Source: Malacoraja senta | Lineage: Eukaryota | Reading direction: 5' to 3' | Assembly (NCBI GenBank): GCA_038087875.1 | Contig: CM075997.1 | Location: 5,892,001-5,956,000 of the forward strand | DNA: 64,000 nt | Shown here: in pieces, positions 12,018 to 24,340 of the stretch | How positions within the stretch are numbered: position 1 is the stretch's first letter | Layout: every line of letters starts with the position of its first letter | The notes under the pieces: model-generated | What the model saw: only the letters and a program-made list of their open reading frames with translations | The model's database searches: none | Told to the model about the DNA's origin: nothing | Program-made: the position numbers and the translations under genes

Positions 12018-14726
12018 TGGCCAGCCCGCTGCGCAACGGGACGGGGACGAGATGCTTTCCTATTACACTGCCATCTCAGGTTTGATACTGGAGGACGTCC
12101 CACTGGGGCTCACGGTCGTTACTGTCCTCTGTGATGTTTCCACGGGGCAACCCCGACCCATCGTCCCTACTGTTTGGCGGCGGCGTGTTTTCGATTCAGT
12201 CCACAGCTTAGCCCACCCTTCTATCCGGGCAACTGCAGCATTGGTGACAGCCAAGTTCATATGGCACGGCCTCCGTAAGCAGGTCAGTCCCTGGGCCAGG
12301 GCCTGCATCCCCTGCTAAACTTCCAAAGCCCAGTGCCACGTGCGCACGCCTCTGCAGGATTTTGTCGTCTCTCAAAAGCGTTTTGACCACATCCACGTCG
12401 ACCTTGTGGGCCCCCTACCGCCGTCTCGAGGTGTCACCCACCTACTCACCATTGTGGACCTGTTCACGTGGTGGCCCGAGGCCGTTCCGCTCCCTGACGC
12501 CTCCGCCGCGACTTGTGCATGTGCTCTCACTGCCCACTGGGTGGCTCGTATTGGTGTTCCAGCCGACATCTCATCGGACCGGGGTGCCCAGTTTACCTCC
12601 GCGCTGTGGTTGTCCATGGCCCAGCTGCGCGGCGCTCAGCTGCACCACACTACGGCGTACCATCCTCAGGTTAACAGCCTGGTAGAGCGTTTCCACCGGC
12701 GCCTGAAATCCTCCTTGAAGGCACGGCTCACGGGCCCCAATTGGTTGGACGAATTGCCGTGGTTTTTGCTGCCGCACGTCCCCGCCGAGTTGGTCTATGG
12801 CTCCCCGCTCAAAGTACCTGGCCATTTCATTCCAGCGGCACGTGGGCAGCAGGAACCCCTTTCGTCTGGGCAAGCTGGCCTCTCTCACCATGGAGTTGCC
12901 CCTTCTTATGTCCCGCCTGCCTTCAAAGATTGTCAATTTGTTTTTGTTCGCAGGGACAGCGCCCTTATGGGGGTTGCAGCCCGGCGTCGCGACTTTCGTT
13001 CTGAATGTCGGGGGCCGACAGGAGGTCGTTTCGGTGGCCCGCGTTAAGCCAGCTCACCTCGATGTGGACCGCCCGGTGTTGGTGGCCCAGCCCCATCGTA
13101 GAGGTTGTCCACCTGACCTCCGGCCCCCACCTTTGCCTATTGCACCTGTTATCCCTGTATCCACACGGTCTGTTCACCTTATTTGGACACCCGCTCGTTT
13201 TATTTCTTCTGGTTCTGGGGGGGTGGGATCATGTAGCGGCACTTGGTGGTTATGCTGTGTATTCAGAACCCTCGTCATTGGTCAGGACTGTCACGTGACA
13301 GGGGGTTTGTTCGCGGGCTGTTCAGTATGTTCAGTAGCTAGTGCTCTTCACGACGACAAGAGCTTGTAATGTTAGTTCCTGACCAAGTACACGTGTAGCG
13401 CAAGTATAGCTTTCAATAATAAAGAACATTGTAGTCTAATCTTCTGGAATTTCTTGAGGATGTGACAAGTAAAATGGATGCAGGGGAGCCACTGGATGTA
13501 GTGTATCTAGACTTTCAGAAAGCCTTTGATAAGGTCCCGCACGGGAGACTGGTGACTAAAATTAGAGCACATGGTATTGGGGATAGGGTGTTGACATGGA
13601 TAGAAAATTGGTTGGCAGACAGGAAGCAAAGAGTAGGAGTGAACGGGTCCTTTTCAGAATGGCAGGTAATGGTGAGTGGAGTGCCTCAAGGCTCGTTGTT
13701 GGGGCCGCAACTGTTTACCGTATATATTAATGATTTGGAAGAGGGAATTAGGAGCAACACTAGCAAGTTTGCGGATGACACAAAGCTGGGTGGCAGTGTG
13801 AACTGTGAAGAGGATGTTAAGAGGTTGCAGGGTGACCTGGACAGGTTGTGTGAGTGGGCAGATGCAGTAGAATATAGATAAATGTGAGGTTATCCACTTT
13901 GGCGGCAAAAACAAGCGGGCAGAATATTATATCAATGGGGTTAGGTAAGGGGGAGGTACAGCGACACCTGGGTGTCCTTGTACACCGGTCACTTAAAGCT
14001 GGCGTGCAGGTACAGCAGGCAGTGAAGAAAGCTAATGGAATATTGGCCTTCATAACAAGAGGATTTCAGTATAGGAGAGGTTCTTCTGCAGTTGTACAGG
14101 GCTCTGGTAAGACCACATCTGGAGTATTGTGTACAGTTTTGGTCTCCTAATTTGAGGAAGGACATCCTTGTGATTGAGGCAGTGCAGCGTAGATTCACGA
14201 GATTGATCCCTGGGATGGTGGGACTGTCATATGAGGAAAGATTGAAAAGACTAGGCTTGTATTCACTGGAGTTTAGAAGGATGAGGGGCGATCTTATAGA
14301 ATCATATAAAATTATAAAAGGACTGGACAAGCTAGATGCAGGAAAAATGTTCCCAATGTTCGGCGAGTCCAGAACCAGGGGCCACAGTCTTAGAATAAAG
14401 GGGAGGCCATTTAAGACAGAGATGAGAAATGCTTTTTCACCCATAGAGTTGTGAATTTATGGAATTCCCTGCCACAGAGGGCAGTGGAGGCCAAGTCACT
14501 GGATGGATTTAAGAGAGAGATAGATAGAGCTCTTGGGGCTAGTGGAATCAAGGGATATGGGGAGAAGACAGGCACGGGATATTTATTGGGTATGATCAGC
14601 CATGATCACAATGAATGGCGGTGCTGGCTCGAAGGGCCGAATGGCCTCCTCCTGCACCTATTTTCTATGTTTCTATGTAGTGCAAGGATAGCTTTCAATA
14701 ATAAAGAACATTTTGGTCTCACTACA
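12018..14726 (+). mobile_element. Gypsy/Ty3 LTR retrotransposon remnant: integrase, PPT and 3' LTR (13232-14726, split by a CR1)
   Basis: HHCC region HSLAHP...CIPC; FDHIHVDLVGPLP, SSDRGAQF, YHPQVNSLVERFHR. G-rich PPT at ~13217-13228. LTR starts TGTAG and ends CTACA, with AATAAA. Confidence 0.9.
13437..14675 (+). mobile_element. 5'-truncated CR1 LINE inside the Gypsy LTR
   Basis: [16 protein letters not shown]...FADDTKL, YRALVRPHLEYCVQFW and a (TTTCTATG)n tail. Flanked by a ~43-bp duplication. Confidence 0.93.
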
Positions 14727-16779
14727 ATGTATATATATATCAGCATTCAGATTTCTTTGGCGATTCTTCCATCTTCACTTTCTAGAAGCAAGCATAACTT
14801 GGTTATTGGTCTTATTAAAACATTATTCTTAGTCTGAAGTCGTACTGTGTGCACCAAACCCTTAATGTTAGGCAGAATCTCCAGTATCTTTCCCATCAAC
14901 CAAGAGCCTCGTGATGCAGTAGAATCAACCACCAAAACAATATCACCTGGAACAAAATTTCTTCTAACCCTTGACCATCGTTGACCTTGGATCAGAGGCA
15001 AATATTCTTGTGTCCATCTCTTCCAAACAAGATCTGCCATATATTGCACTTGTCTCCATCTGTGTCTCATATACAAATCTTTCACAAAGAGTCCAGGTGG
15101 TAGCATTGGATTAGTTTTCAACAGAAGAATATGATTTGGTGTAAGCGCTTCCAGGTCGTTCAGATCATCAGAACTCTTAGTAATAGGTCGAACATTTAAA
15201 ATTGCTTCAACGTCACAGAATAAAGTTTGCAACCCTTCATCATCCAAAACTTGTTGTTTAAGAACAAAGTTTTGGATGATGAAGGGTTGCAAACACCGCC
15301 GTGATGAGAACCAGCTGGAGGATTAAAGTTCCATCTTATCCCTTGTTGAAGCATAGCATTCTGGATCTTATCCTGATTTAATCCTTTAAGTGCTTATTTT
15401 AATTATCTTTCCACTCCAACAAAATTCGTACCATTGTCTGATCTTAATGATAGAACTGGACATCTTCGACAAATAAATCTCCGTAATGCAAGAATACAAG
15501 AATCTGTATCGAGTGTAGATGCAACTTCAAAATGCACCGCCATGCTTGCCATGCAAGTGAAGATTACACCATACCTCTTTATCATACTTCGTCCTGTCTT
15601 AACCTCTATAGGACTGAAATAATCCACCCCCACATCTGTAAATGGAGGCTTATCAGGTAGAATTCTCTCCAGGTAAAGTCTGCCATCTTCTGTTCTCCAA
15701 ATCTTCCAAGCTGTCGCCTACACACAACACAGTTTTTTAGTATCTTTCTTGCAGCGGAGTTAGCCTTGATAATCCAATATTTTGGGGATTATGAAGCTGG
15801 ATTATGAAGCTGGGACAGCATATCATTTCTTCCTCCATGTCCGATCAATTCATGGATATGTCGTAACAGTAATGTTGAAATATGAAAGTTCTTCGAGAGA
15901 ATAATAGGATGCTTAGCCTCTTCATGCCTTGCCAGTTTATTCAGATGACCACCCACTCTCAGAAGTCCTTCTTCCAATACTGGATCAAGCTTGTACAATT
16001 GACTGTCTTTTTTGACACCATGTACTCCAGCTTCTAACGTCGATATTTCCTCTTTGTATTTCTGTCTTTGACAGAAAGAAATAATCGTGTTTTCCTCTTT
16101 GAGCAGATCATCAAGATGTAAACCCTGTATGTCGTATGATGCCTTAAAAACATGCATCTTCTTTTCAACCTTTTCCTTCGGTATTTCAGGATCTTCTTCA
16201 AAGATACCTTCAGCCATCTCTTTCCTTTTTCGAGCAAACAGCAATAACCTTGTTTTTGCTTTAAGAACCCAAACCACCACATTCACCAGCTTCTTCCATG
16301 ATGAAAAGTGGGTAATTAAATAATTTGTTGTGTTTGATGAATCTTTAGCAATAACATTTTCTGTGATGTTTTGTTTAATTTCTGGATCATTAGCAGAGAT
16401 TTCAAATCCCAGCTCAAGCTTTGGCCATTCTCTGTCTGCCCTACAGAGAAACTTGGGTCCATTGATCCATCTCTTATTGCTTAAGAAGCGGTCTGCTGTT
16501 AGTCCTCTAGAAGCTTCATCCGCAGGATTTTCCTTTGTGTTAATATATTTCCATTGTAGCACCCAAAAGAGATTATGTTTGCTACAAATATCAAAAAACG
16601 TTTGTTCTCATTGTTGAAGTATTTAAGCACCGTAGTACTATCAGTCCAGAAGATAGCTTCTTCCAGTTGAAGCTGCAGTTCTTTTTGCAGCATTATGTCA
16701 ATTTTAACAGCTTTGACTGCGGCAGTGAGTTCCATTCTGGGAATTGTCATTTGCTTCAATGGTGCCACTCTGGGCTTTC

Positions 16780-16939
16780 TATAGACAATAGACAATAGGT
16801 GCAGGAGTAGGCCTTCCAGCCAGCACCGCCATTCAATGTGATCATGGCTGATCATTCCCAATCAGTACCCCGTTCCTGCCTTCTCCCTATATCCCCTGAC
16901 TCCGTTATTTTTAAGAGCCCTATCTAGCTCTCTCTTGAA
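16780..16939 (-). mobile_element. CR1 3'-end fragment inserted in BEL RNase H region
   Basis: CR1 3' UTR with (CTATTGT)n tail; TSD CTTTC at 16775-16779 and 16940-16944. Confidence 0.85.
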
Positions 16940-18995
16940 CTTTCCCATTAAGAATGCAACATGTACTTTATTGTAATCATTTTCCAGTCTTAAATATGAA
17001 ACAGTACCATAGCTGGCATCTGGCATCATTCACTGGCATCTGAAAAATGATGCAGCTGTGCACATCTGACCTTACCAAAGTTTGTAGGCTTCATACACCG
17101 GTTCATTTTAAACTCCGGGATCTTGTCAAGATCCATTAACCATTCTGTCGATCGCTGAGAAGATTTTTTCTTGCAGAGATCCTGCAAAATTAACCCGGGT
17201 GGCAGTGTAAATGGTGCAAGAAATCCCAAACGGTCATAAACAGAACCAATCACAGAAAGGATATCCCTTGTACATGGTTGCTCCTGAATCGAGATTCTGA
17301 ACTTGATCACATCTAATTCGACACACCAGTGCAATCCTAGTGCTCTTTCACTTGGCAGATAGTCTTTGTCCAAATCCAACTCCCTGGTCTCCTTGGCTCT
17401 GCCATCTAGTGGAATGCTTTCCAATACAACACGGCTGTTGCTGATCCACTTGGAAAGCGTGAATCGTCCTTATTGCAGAGGGAAGTCAGATGTGTTACCA
17501 TTTGAATTGCTTCCTGCTCCGTAGACATGGATTTTAAGCAATCATCCACGTAGAAATTATTCTTCACAGTGTTTGTCACTTCTTCTGGAAAGTAAACTTT
17601 ATTGTCCTCTGCGGTCTTTCTTAATGCAAAGTGCACAACTTTGATGACACTGCTCCAAAGGGATGTACCTTCATCCGGTATTCAACGAGATCTTGTTGTG
17701 CATCCCCTTCAGGCCATCATAGGAATCGCAAGCAGTCAATGTGGTTTTCTGATACTTTGACAATGAAACATTACTTTAATATCATCCATCAAAGCAATTG
17801 GTTCTTGTCTGAATTTAATGAGAACAATGAGTTGGTAAGGTCCGGACCCTGAAGTAGTTGACAGTTGAGTGATGTCCCTTTGAAGACTGCAGCACAGTCA
17901 AAGACCACCCTCAGGGTCCCTTTCTTTGAGTGATATGCCCCATGGTGCGGAATAGACCAAAGCTCTCCGTCACTTCGATTTAGCTGGTTTGTTAGTACCA
18001 TTTGGGCATAATCATTGTCAATCATGTCCTTTAGGAAATACGTATATTCTTCATGAAATTTTGTTTTCTTGCCAAACTTGCGTTTCAGATTCTGGGTGCG
18101 TTGCTCTGCCATACGACGATTATTTGGCAGACTAACGCTTTCTTGCTTGAAAGGTAAGTCTAGACCATAGTGTCCTTCTATCATCTTTACTGTGGTCACA
18201 ATATCCAAGAACTTGGATTCTTCTCTGGACATTTCTTCTGATTCCTTACCGGTAATTTCACTGAAATCATGATTGTATTGCTGATTAACAGCTCTTCTAA
18301 TTTAACAGTAGATATTTGATTAATAGCAGCAGCAGGGTGGTTCTGGTTCCTGCTTTTGTTGTTCCTTCTCAAGGAGCCGTAGATAACCCATCTGAGTAGG
18401 TCCGTCCCCTTGGTTCCTCACAGTCTGTATAGGTTCCAATGTCTTCAAAGCATTCGTTCCGATAAGTAGGTCGATACCAGAATTTATTTTAGGTATCTTG
18501 ACATCCTTCAAGTAAGGCCATTGTTTTAAGTCCTCATGTCTGAGTATATTTTGATGACAAACAGGCATGGTCTCATGTGTAAACACATCAGATATTTGTA
18601 TAAAATTGTCTTCATCCAGGCTAGATATTTCCATACTTGTAATGTGATGACTAACACACTCTTTCTCTTCATTCATGGTACGCAGTAGAATCTTAACCTT
18701 TTCTCCTGTAATGTCCAGTCTTCTCATCAAGCTTTCTGTACAAAAGGTAGTTGAGCTCCCATGATCCAAAAATGTATATGTTTGCAACACTGTATTCATC
18801 TTGTTCTTCCTTGCTTGCACTGGTAAGATAGAGAAAATACAGGTTTCTACCCCGGCCCCAATATGCGCATTTATCTGAGGTAACAGCATCACTAGTAGCT
18901 GGCTTCTCCTTCTGTTCTATTTGCTCCGGCTTCCTCTGTTCAGTGTGATGTAATCCAGGATGATCCTATTTATACTTATCGCAAGTCATACGACT

Positions 18996-21791
18996 CATAT
19001 CTAGGAGTCGATTTTAGCAAAGATTTAAGTTGGGCGACGCATATTAATCAAGTGTCTAACAAAGCAAATAGAACTCTCGGCCTTCTTATAACCATATAAC
19101 CATATAACAATTACAGCACGGAAACAGGCCATCTCGACCCTTCTAGTCCGTACCGAACACGTATTCTCCCCTAGTCCCATATACCTGCGCTCAGACCATA
19201 ACCCTCCATTCCTTTCCCGTCCATATAACTATCCAATTTATTTTTAAATGATAAAAACAAACCTGCCTCCACCACCTTCACTGGAAGCTCATTCCACACA
19301 GCCACCACTCTCTGAGTAAAGAAGTTCCCCCTCATGTTACCCCTAAACTTCTGTCCCTTAATTCTCAAGTCATGTCCCCTTGTTTGAATCTTCTCTACTC
19401 TCAATGGGAAAAGCTTATCCACGTCAACTCTGTCTATCCCTCTCATCATTTTAAAGACCTCTATCAAGTCCCCCCTTAACCTTCTGCGCTCCAAAGAATA
19501 AAGCCCTAACTTGTTCAACCTTTCTCTGTAACTTAGTTGTTGAAACCCAGGCAACATTCTAGTAAATCTCCTCTGTACTCTCTCTATTTTGTTGACATCC
19601 TTCCTATAATTAGGCGACCAAAATTGTACACCATACTCCAGAATTGGCCTCACCAATGCCTTGTACAATTTTAACATTACATCCCAACTTCTATACTCAA
19701 TGCTCTGATTTATAAAAGCCAGCACACCAAAAGCTTTCTTTACCACCCTATCTACATGAGATTCCCCTTTCAGGGAACTGTGCACAGTTATTCCAAGATC
19801 CCTCTGTTCACCTGCATTCTTCAATTCCCTACCATTTACCATGTACGTCCTATTTTGATTTGTCCTGCCAAGATGTAGCACCTCACACTTATCAGCATTA
19901 AACTCCATCTGCCATCTTTCAGCCCACTCTTCCAACCGGCATCAATCTCTCTGTAGACTTTGAAAATCTACTTCATTATCCACAGCCCCACCTATCTTAG
20001 TGTCATCTGCATACTTACTAATCCAATTTACCACACCATCATCCAGATCATTGATGTACATGACAAACAACAGTGGACCCAACACAGATCCCCGTGGCAC
20101 CCCACTAGTCACTGGCCTCCAACCTGACAAACAACCATCCACCATTACTCTCTGGCATCTCCCATTCAGCCACTGTTGAATCCATCTTGCTACTCCACCA
20201 TTAATACCCAACCATTGAACCTTCTTAACCAACCTTCCGTGAGGAACCTTGTCAAAGGCCTTACTGAAGTCCATATATACAACATCCACGGCTTTACCCT
20301 CATCAATTTCCCGAGTAACCTCTTCAAAAAATTCAAGAAGATTAGTCAAACATGACCTTCCAGGCACAAATCCATGTTGACTGTTCCTAATCAGCCCCTG
20401 TTTATCCAGATGCTTATATATATTATCTCTAAGTATCCTTTCCATTAATTTGCCCACCACTGACGTCAAACTAACAGGTCTATAATTGCTAGGTTTACTC
20501 TTAGACCCCTTTTTAAACAATGGAACAACATGCGCAGTACGCCAATCCTCCGGCACTATTGCCGTTTCCAATGACATTTGAAATATTTCTGTCATAGCCC
20601 CTGCTATTTCTACACTAACTTCCCTCAATGTCCTAGGGAATATCCTGTCCGGACCTGGAGACTTATCCACTTTTATATTTCTCAAAAGTGTCAGTACTTC
20701 CTCTTCTTTGAATTTCATAGTTTCCATAGCTACTCTACTTGTTTCCCTTACCTCACATAATTCAATATCCTTCTCCTTGGTGAATACCGAAGAAAAGAAA
20801 TTGTTCAATATCTCCCCCATCTCTTTTGGCTCTGCAGATAGCTGTCCACTCTGACTCTCTAATGGACCAATTTTATCCCTCGTTATCCTTTTGCTATTAA
20901 TATAGCTGTAGAAACCCTTTGGATTTACTTTCACCTTACTTGCCAAAGCAACCTCATATCTTCTTTTAGCTTTTCTAATTTATTTCTTAAGACACTTTTT
21001 ACATTTTTTATACTCCTCAAGCACCTCATTTACTCCATGCTGCCTATAATTATTGTAGATCTCTCTCTTTTTCCGAACTAAGTGTCCAATTTCCCTTGAA
21101 AACCATGGCTCTTTCCAATTTTTACTATTTCCTTTCAACCGAACAGGGACATAAAGATTCTGTACTCTTAAAATTTCACCTTTAAATGTCGTCCATCTTA
21201 AAAAAAAATTCATGCATGTAGTACATCCGTCAAAGAGAATGCCTACAAGTCCTTGGTCAGGCCCAAATTGGAGTATTGTGGAGCCATATGGGATCCTTTC
21301 AACAACAACAAGAAGATCACCCTGGAGAAAGTACAACGCCGAGCAGCCTGCTTTGTATGTAATGACTGCAAGCGCAAATCCAGCGTGAATAATATGCTGA
21401 CTTCTCTCGGATGGGATACTCTAGAGCTCCACAGAATCAGGCTAAGACATTGCAAGTTACAAGGAGATTCACAAAATCATGCCATCAATTCTTCCGTCAT
21501 CCCAGAGCACCAACTGCCATGAAACAAGACAAAATAACGGTTCCTACATCATCAACTCGCTAAATTTAAATAAACTTTGCTACCAATATTCCCTTTACCC
21601 AAGGACGATAAGAGAATTGAACATGTTACCACCCAACACGTGCTGCTCCCGATGTTAAGTCATTTAAAAAGGGAATTGAGCAACTAGATCTCCTCAAAAA
21701 GGCCCACTTCAAAAGTTAATCACTACTCTACTCACTCCGACCTGCGCGAGATTACCATTTATGAAGTGTTTGCGCAGTAATCAACCAGAAC
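18996..21791 (+). mobile_element. 5'-truncated LINE of a different lineage from the local CR1s (clade unresolved), inserted in BEL gag and itself split by a CR1
   Basis: YLGVDFSKDLSWATHINQVSNKANRTLGLL at ~19000-19088 resumes after 21200 as ...VKENAYKSLVRPKLEYCGAIWDP...QRRAACFV...YQYSLYPRTIRELNMLP. Confidence 0.8.
19089..21195 (-). mobile_element. Young 5'-truncated CR1-clade (HER1-like) LINE
   Basis: Two long ORFs (19942-20946 and 19171-19935) separated by one frameshift, RT YADD motif, (ATGGTTAT)n tail, TSD TCTTA at 19084-19088 and 21196-21200. Confidence 0.93.
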
Positions 21792-22654
21792 CGGTCTTTA
21801 ACCATGTGTCCTTTCTTCAAACATCCAAAACAGATTCCCTTTTACTTTAAGAAATACATCTTTTCTTTATATTCCTTCTTCTTGAATTTCCGACACCACC
21901 TTATGGTGTGACCAACTTCACTACATGACCAGCAGAACCATTTTTGCTTAACAGTAGATGTATCTACTTTCTTTTATGCCTTTTGTTTCTACAAGTATTA
22001 CAGCAGTAGCAAAACTACTTCCCTTAGGTCCTGGTCTTCCTCTTGTTTTAGTAAAGGTAGAACCTTTGATGGTTGCTGATTTAGGATCTTAAATATCTCC
22101 GTGACGTAGACTTGACATAAATCGTACTTCCCTTTCTATGAAATTCACCAGATCATGAAACATGGCTTCTCGCTTCTCATCTTCCTGTAACTGGCCTGCC
22201 TTGTCACTCCACCTCTCGAAGCCTAAAGGGCAGTTTGTGAATAATAATCTTCATATTACTAACAACAGTCATTTCTTCCATGTGGTTGAGATGTCTCATT
22301 GAGCTACAACAACTTCTAAGAAATATCGCAAAGTCACGCAATGCTTTTGCGTCTTCTGGCTTGATAGCTGTCCTAGCATAGGCCTTCTTCATGTATGCAT
22401 TAGCAATCTGGTGTTCGTTACCAAAATGTTCTCTAAGCAATTCTCTTGCTGTACGATAGCCCTCACCACAGGCAAATTCTGACATCCTCCAACAAGCTGC
22501 TTTGGATATCCGCTTGTGTACTGCTCCAGAATTTGTAAGGGATCCCTTTCATTAGTTGTAAAGTTGTAATGTCCTGGTTGTAAAGTTTGACCTCGTATGT
22601 AGCCTGGATTTTTTTAGATTCATATCTCATTTTGGATTATGCTTTTTATTGCAG

Positions 22655-22766
22655 ATTAACATGCTCATGAATTTCAAAATGGGGCCAGATGAAGAGGTGT
22701 GCCCTCTTCCAGATAAAGTGAGAGATGTCTTGCTTGACTTCCATGCGAAACTTCTTGCACATTGTG
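22655..22766 (+). CDS. RYR1: Ryanodine receptor internal exon (112 bp)
   Basis: tttttattgcag| acceptor and G|gtatgc donor. Encodes [37 protein letters not shown](G), continuing the previous exon in frame. Confidence 0.95.
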
Positions 22767-23576
22767 GTATGCATTTTACATCGTATGGTGTCTAAAACAA
22801 ACTTCTCCACATATGTCTTCTGGTATTATTTGAACATCTTGCAATTTCCTGTGTGTTTTCAACTAAATTCCAAACATTTGTCACAGTTTATTCATGGTCA
22901 CTATAATTAAAAATACAATAGACATGATCTGTGTCATACCATATATGTAGGGTAGATCTAAGTTTTCTTAGAAGCTTTTAAATGAAGTGATAAAAATGAT
23001 AATATACATATTATTGTATATTTATATAAAAACAATTTGTATATGATCAATTATTATTTTTTTTAACTGGAATCATCAGTTTTTTGAGGATTTTGTAGTA
23101 AAATCAGAATACAGCTGAGTATAGTCGGTCAGTCAGCATCTTTCGAGGCATTAATGATCTTGAATCAAAGCTGGAAAAGTGAATTTAAAAAGCATTTTAT
23201 TTGCAGAGGGCCAGAGGAAGGTGGGATGGGGTGGAGAGTACAACATGAATGGTTAGGTGAACTAAAGTTAAGAGCAGAAGTTCTGAAAATTGGGAAGATG
23301 TCGTTAACGACCTTGTTTGAAGATAAATGGAAGACAGTTTAGATCTTGTTAGTTGGAAATTATTGCAGGATTAAATGGATGATAGGAATAAATTGAATCG
23401 ATTATGCCATAGTCCTTCTGCTTATGCTGTTAATTTTAATAGGAGTTTAAATAAGTTTCTTTTTATTTCTGAACATTTTTCAAATAGTGAATATAATAAA
23501 AGTCCCAAAATGTAACAATTTGAAGCTACAAATGAATTTCCAAATCTTCCTGAGAAAAAATTCCTTTACCTGGCAG

Positions 23577-23723
23577 GTATTCAAATAGAAGAAGATGAGG
23601 AAGAGGAAGAAAAAGATACTTCACTCAAAGGGCGTTTACTAAATCTTGTTGAAAAAGTAAGAAACTTGAGGAAAAAGGATGAAATAGAGCAGGCTCCATC
23701 TGAAGAAGATGACAAAACACCTG
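23577..23723 (+). CDS. RYR1: Ryanodine receptor internal exon (147 bp), acidic/charged segment
   Basis: cctggcag| acceptor and G|gtaagt donor, phase 1/1. Encodes (G)IQIEEDEEEEEKDTSLKGRLLNLVEKVRNLRKKDEIEQAPSEEDDKTP. Absent from the ORF track; read manually. Confidence 0.92.
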
Positions 23724-23969
23724 GTAAGTATTATTTTTTATGATATAGCAAGCGGCTCTTGTATTAAAAAAAACCAGTTCACCTATTCCACTTATATGTA
23801 ATGATACTTCTAACACGCCCATGAATAACTTTGCAATATTATGATACTTAAAACAATTGTAATAGTAATAATCAATTTCCTGTTTTGTGATTGTAAACAA
23901 ATGAATAAATAAACCCAGAAGAGCATGAAGCTGTCAGTATTTTCACACAGAAGATCGTACGTATATGGA

Positions 23970-24340
23970 AGATAGACACAAAAAGCTGGAGTAACTCAAT
24001 GGGTCAAACAGCATCTCTGGAGAAAAGGAATAGGTGACATTTCGGGTCAAGATCCTTCTTCAAACTGAGAGTTAGGGGAAAGGGAAACGAGAGAAATATG
24101 GACGGTGATATAGAGATCCACTGTGAAATCGCAAGGTATGCCTTTTTTGAAGAAATTCTCCTCCTCTCGCCGACGAGAATTCTGCAACATCCTCTCTCGC
24201 TGCTCCCTCTCTGCATTCATTTGTTCTTTTTCTCTCCATATCACCGTCTATTATCTCTCGTTTCCCTATCCCCTGACTCTTAGTCTGAAGAAGGGTCTCG
24301 AGCCAAAACATCACCTATTCCTTTTCACAAAGATGCTGCA
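23970..24340. mobile_element. Inverted pair of Penelope terminal-repeat fragments (fold-back)
   Basis: ~24010-24115 is approximately reverse-complementary to ~24232-24340. Both arms match the 3' terminus of the Penelope at 27240-28730. Confidence 0.75.

Larger units (their letters stand above)
14727..22570 (-). mobile_element. BEL/Pao LTR retrotransposon internal region (decayed, interrupted by LINEs)
   Basis: Gag (ARELLREHFGNEHQIA; knuckles CFGCLKKGH at ~21800 rejoining CDK...H at ~18960); protease FLDHGS; RT LRVVFD, LLQGPDL, FYVDDCL; RNase H LHHFSDAS, TIPRMEL, FWTDS, ENPADEASRG; integrase GVDYF, SDNGTNF; C-terminal LTPNHIL...RPITKLCLL. Confidence 0.93.
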
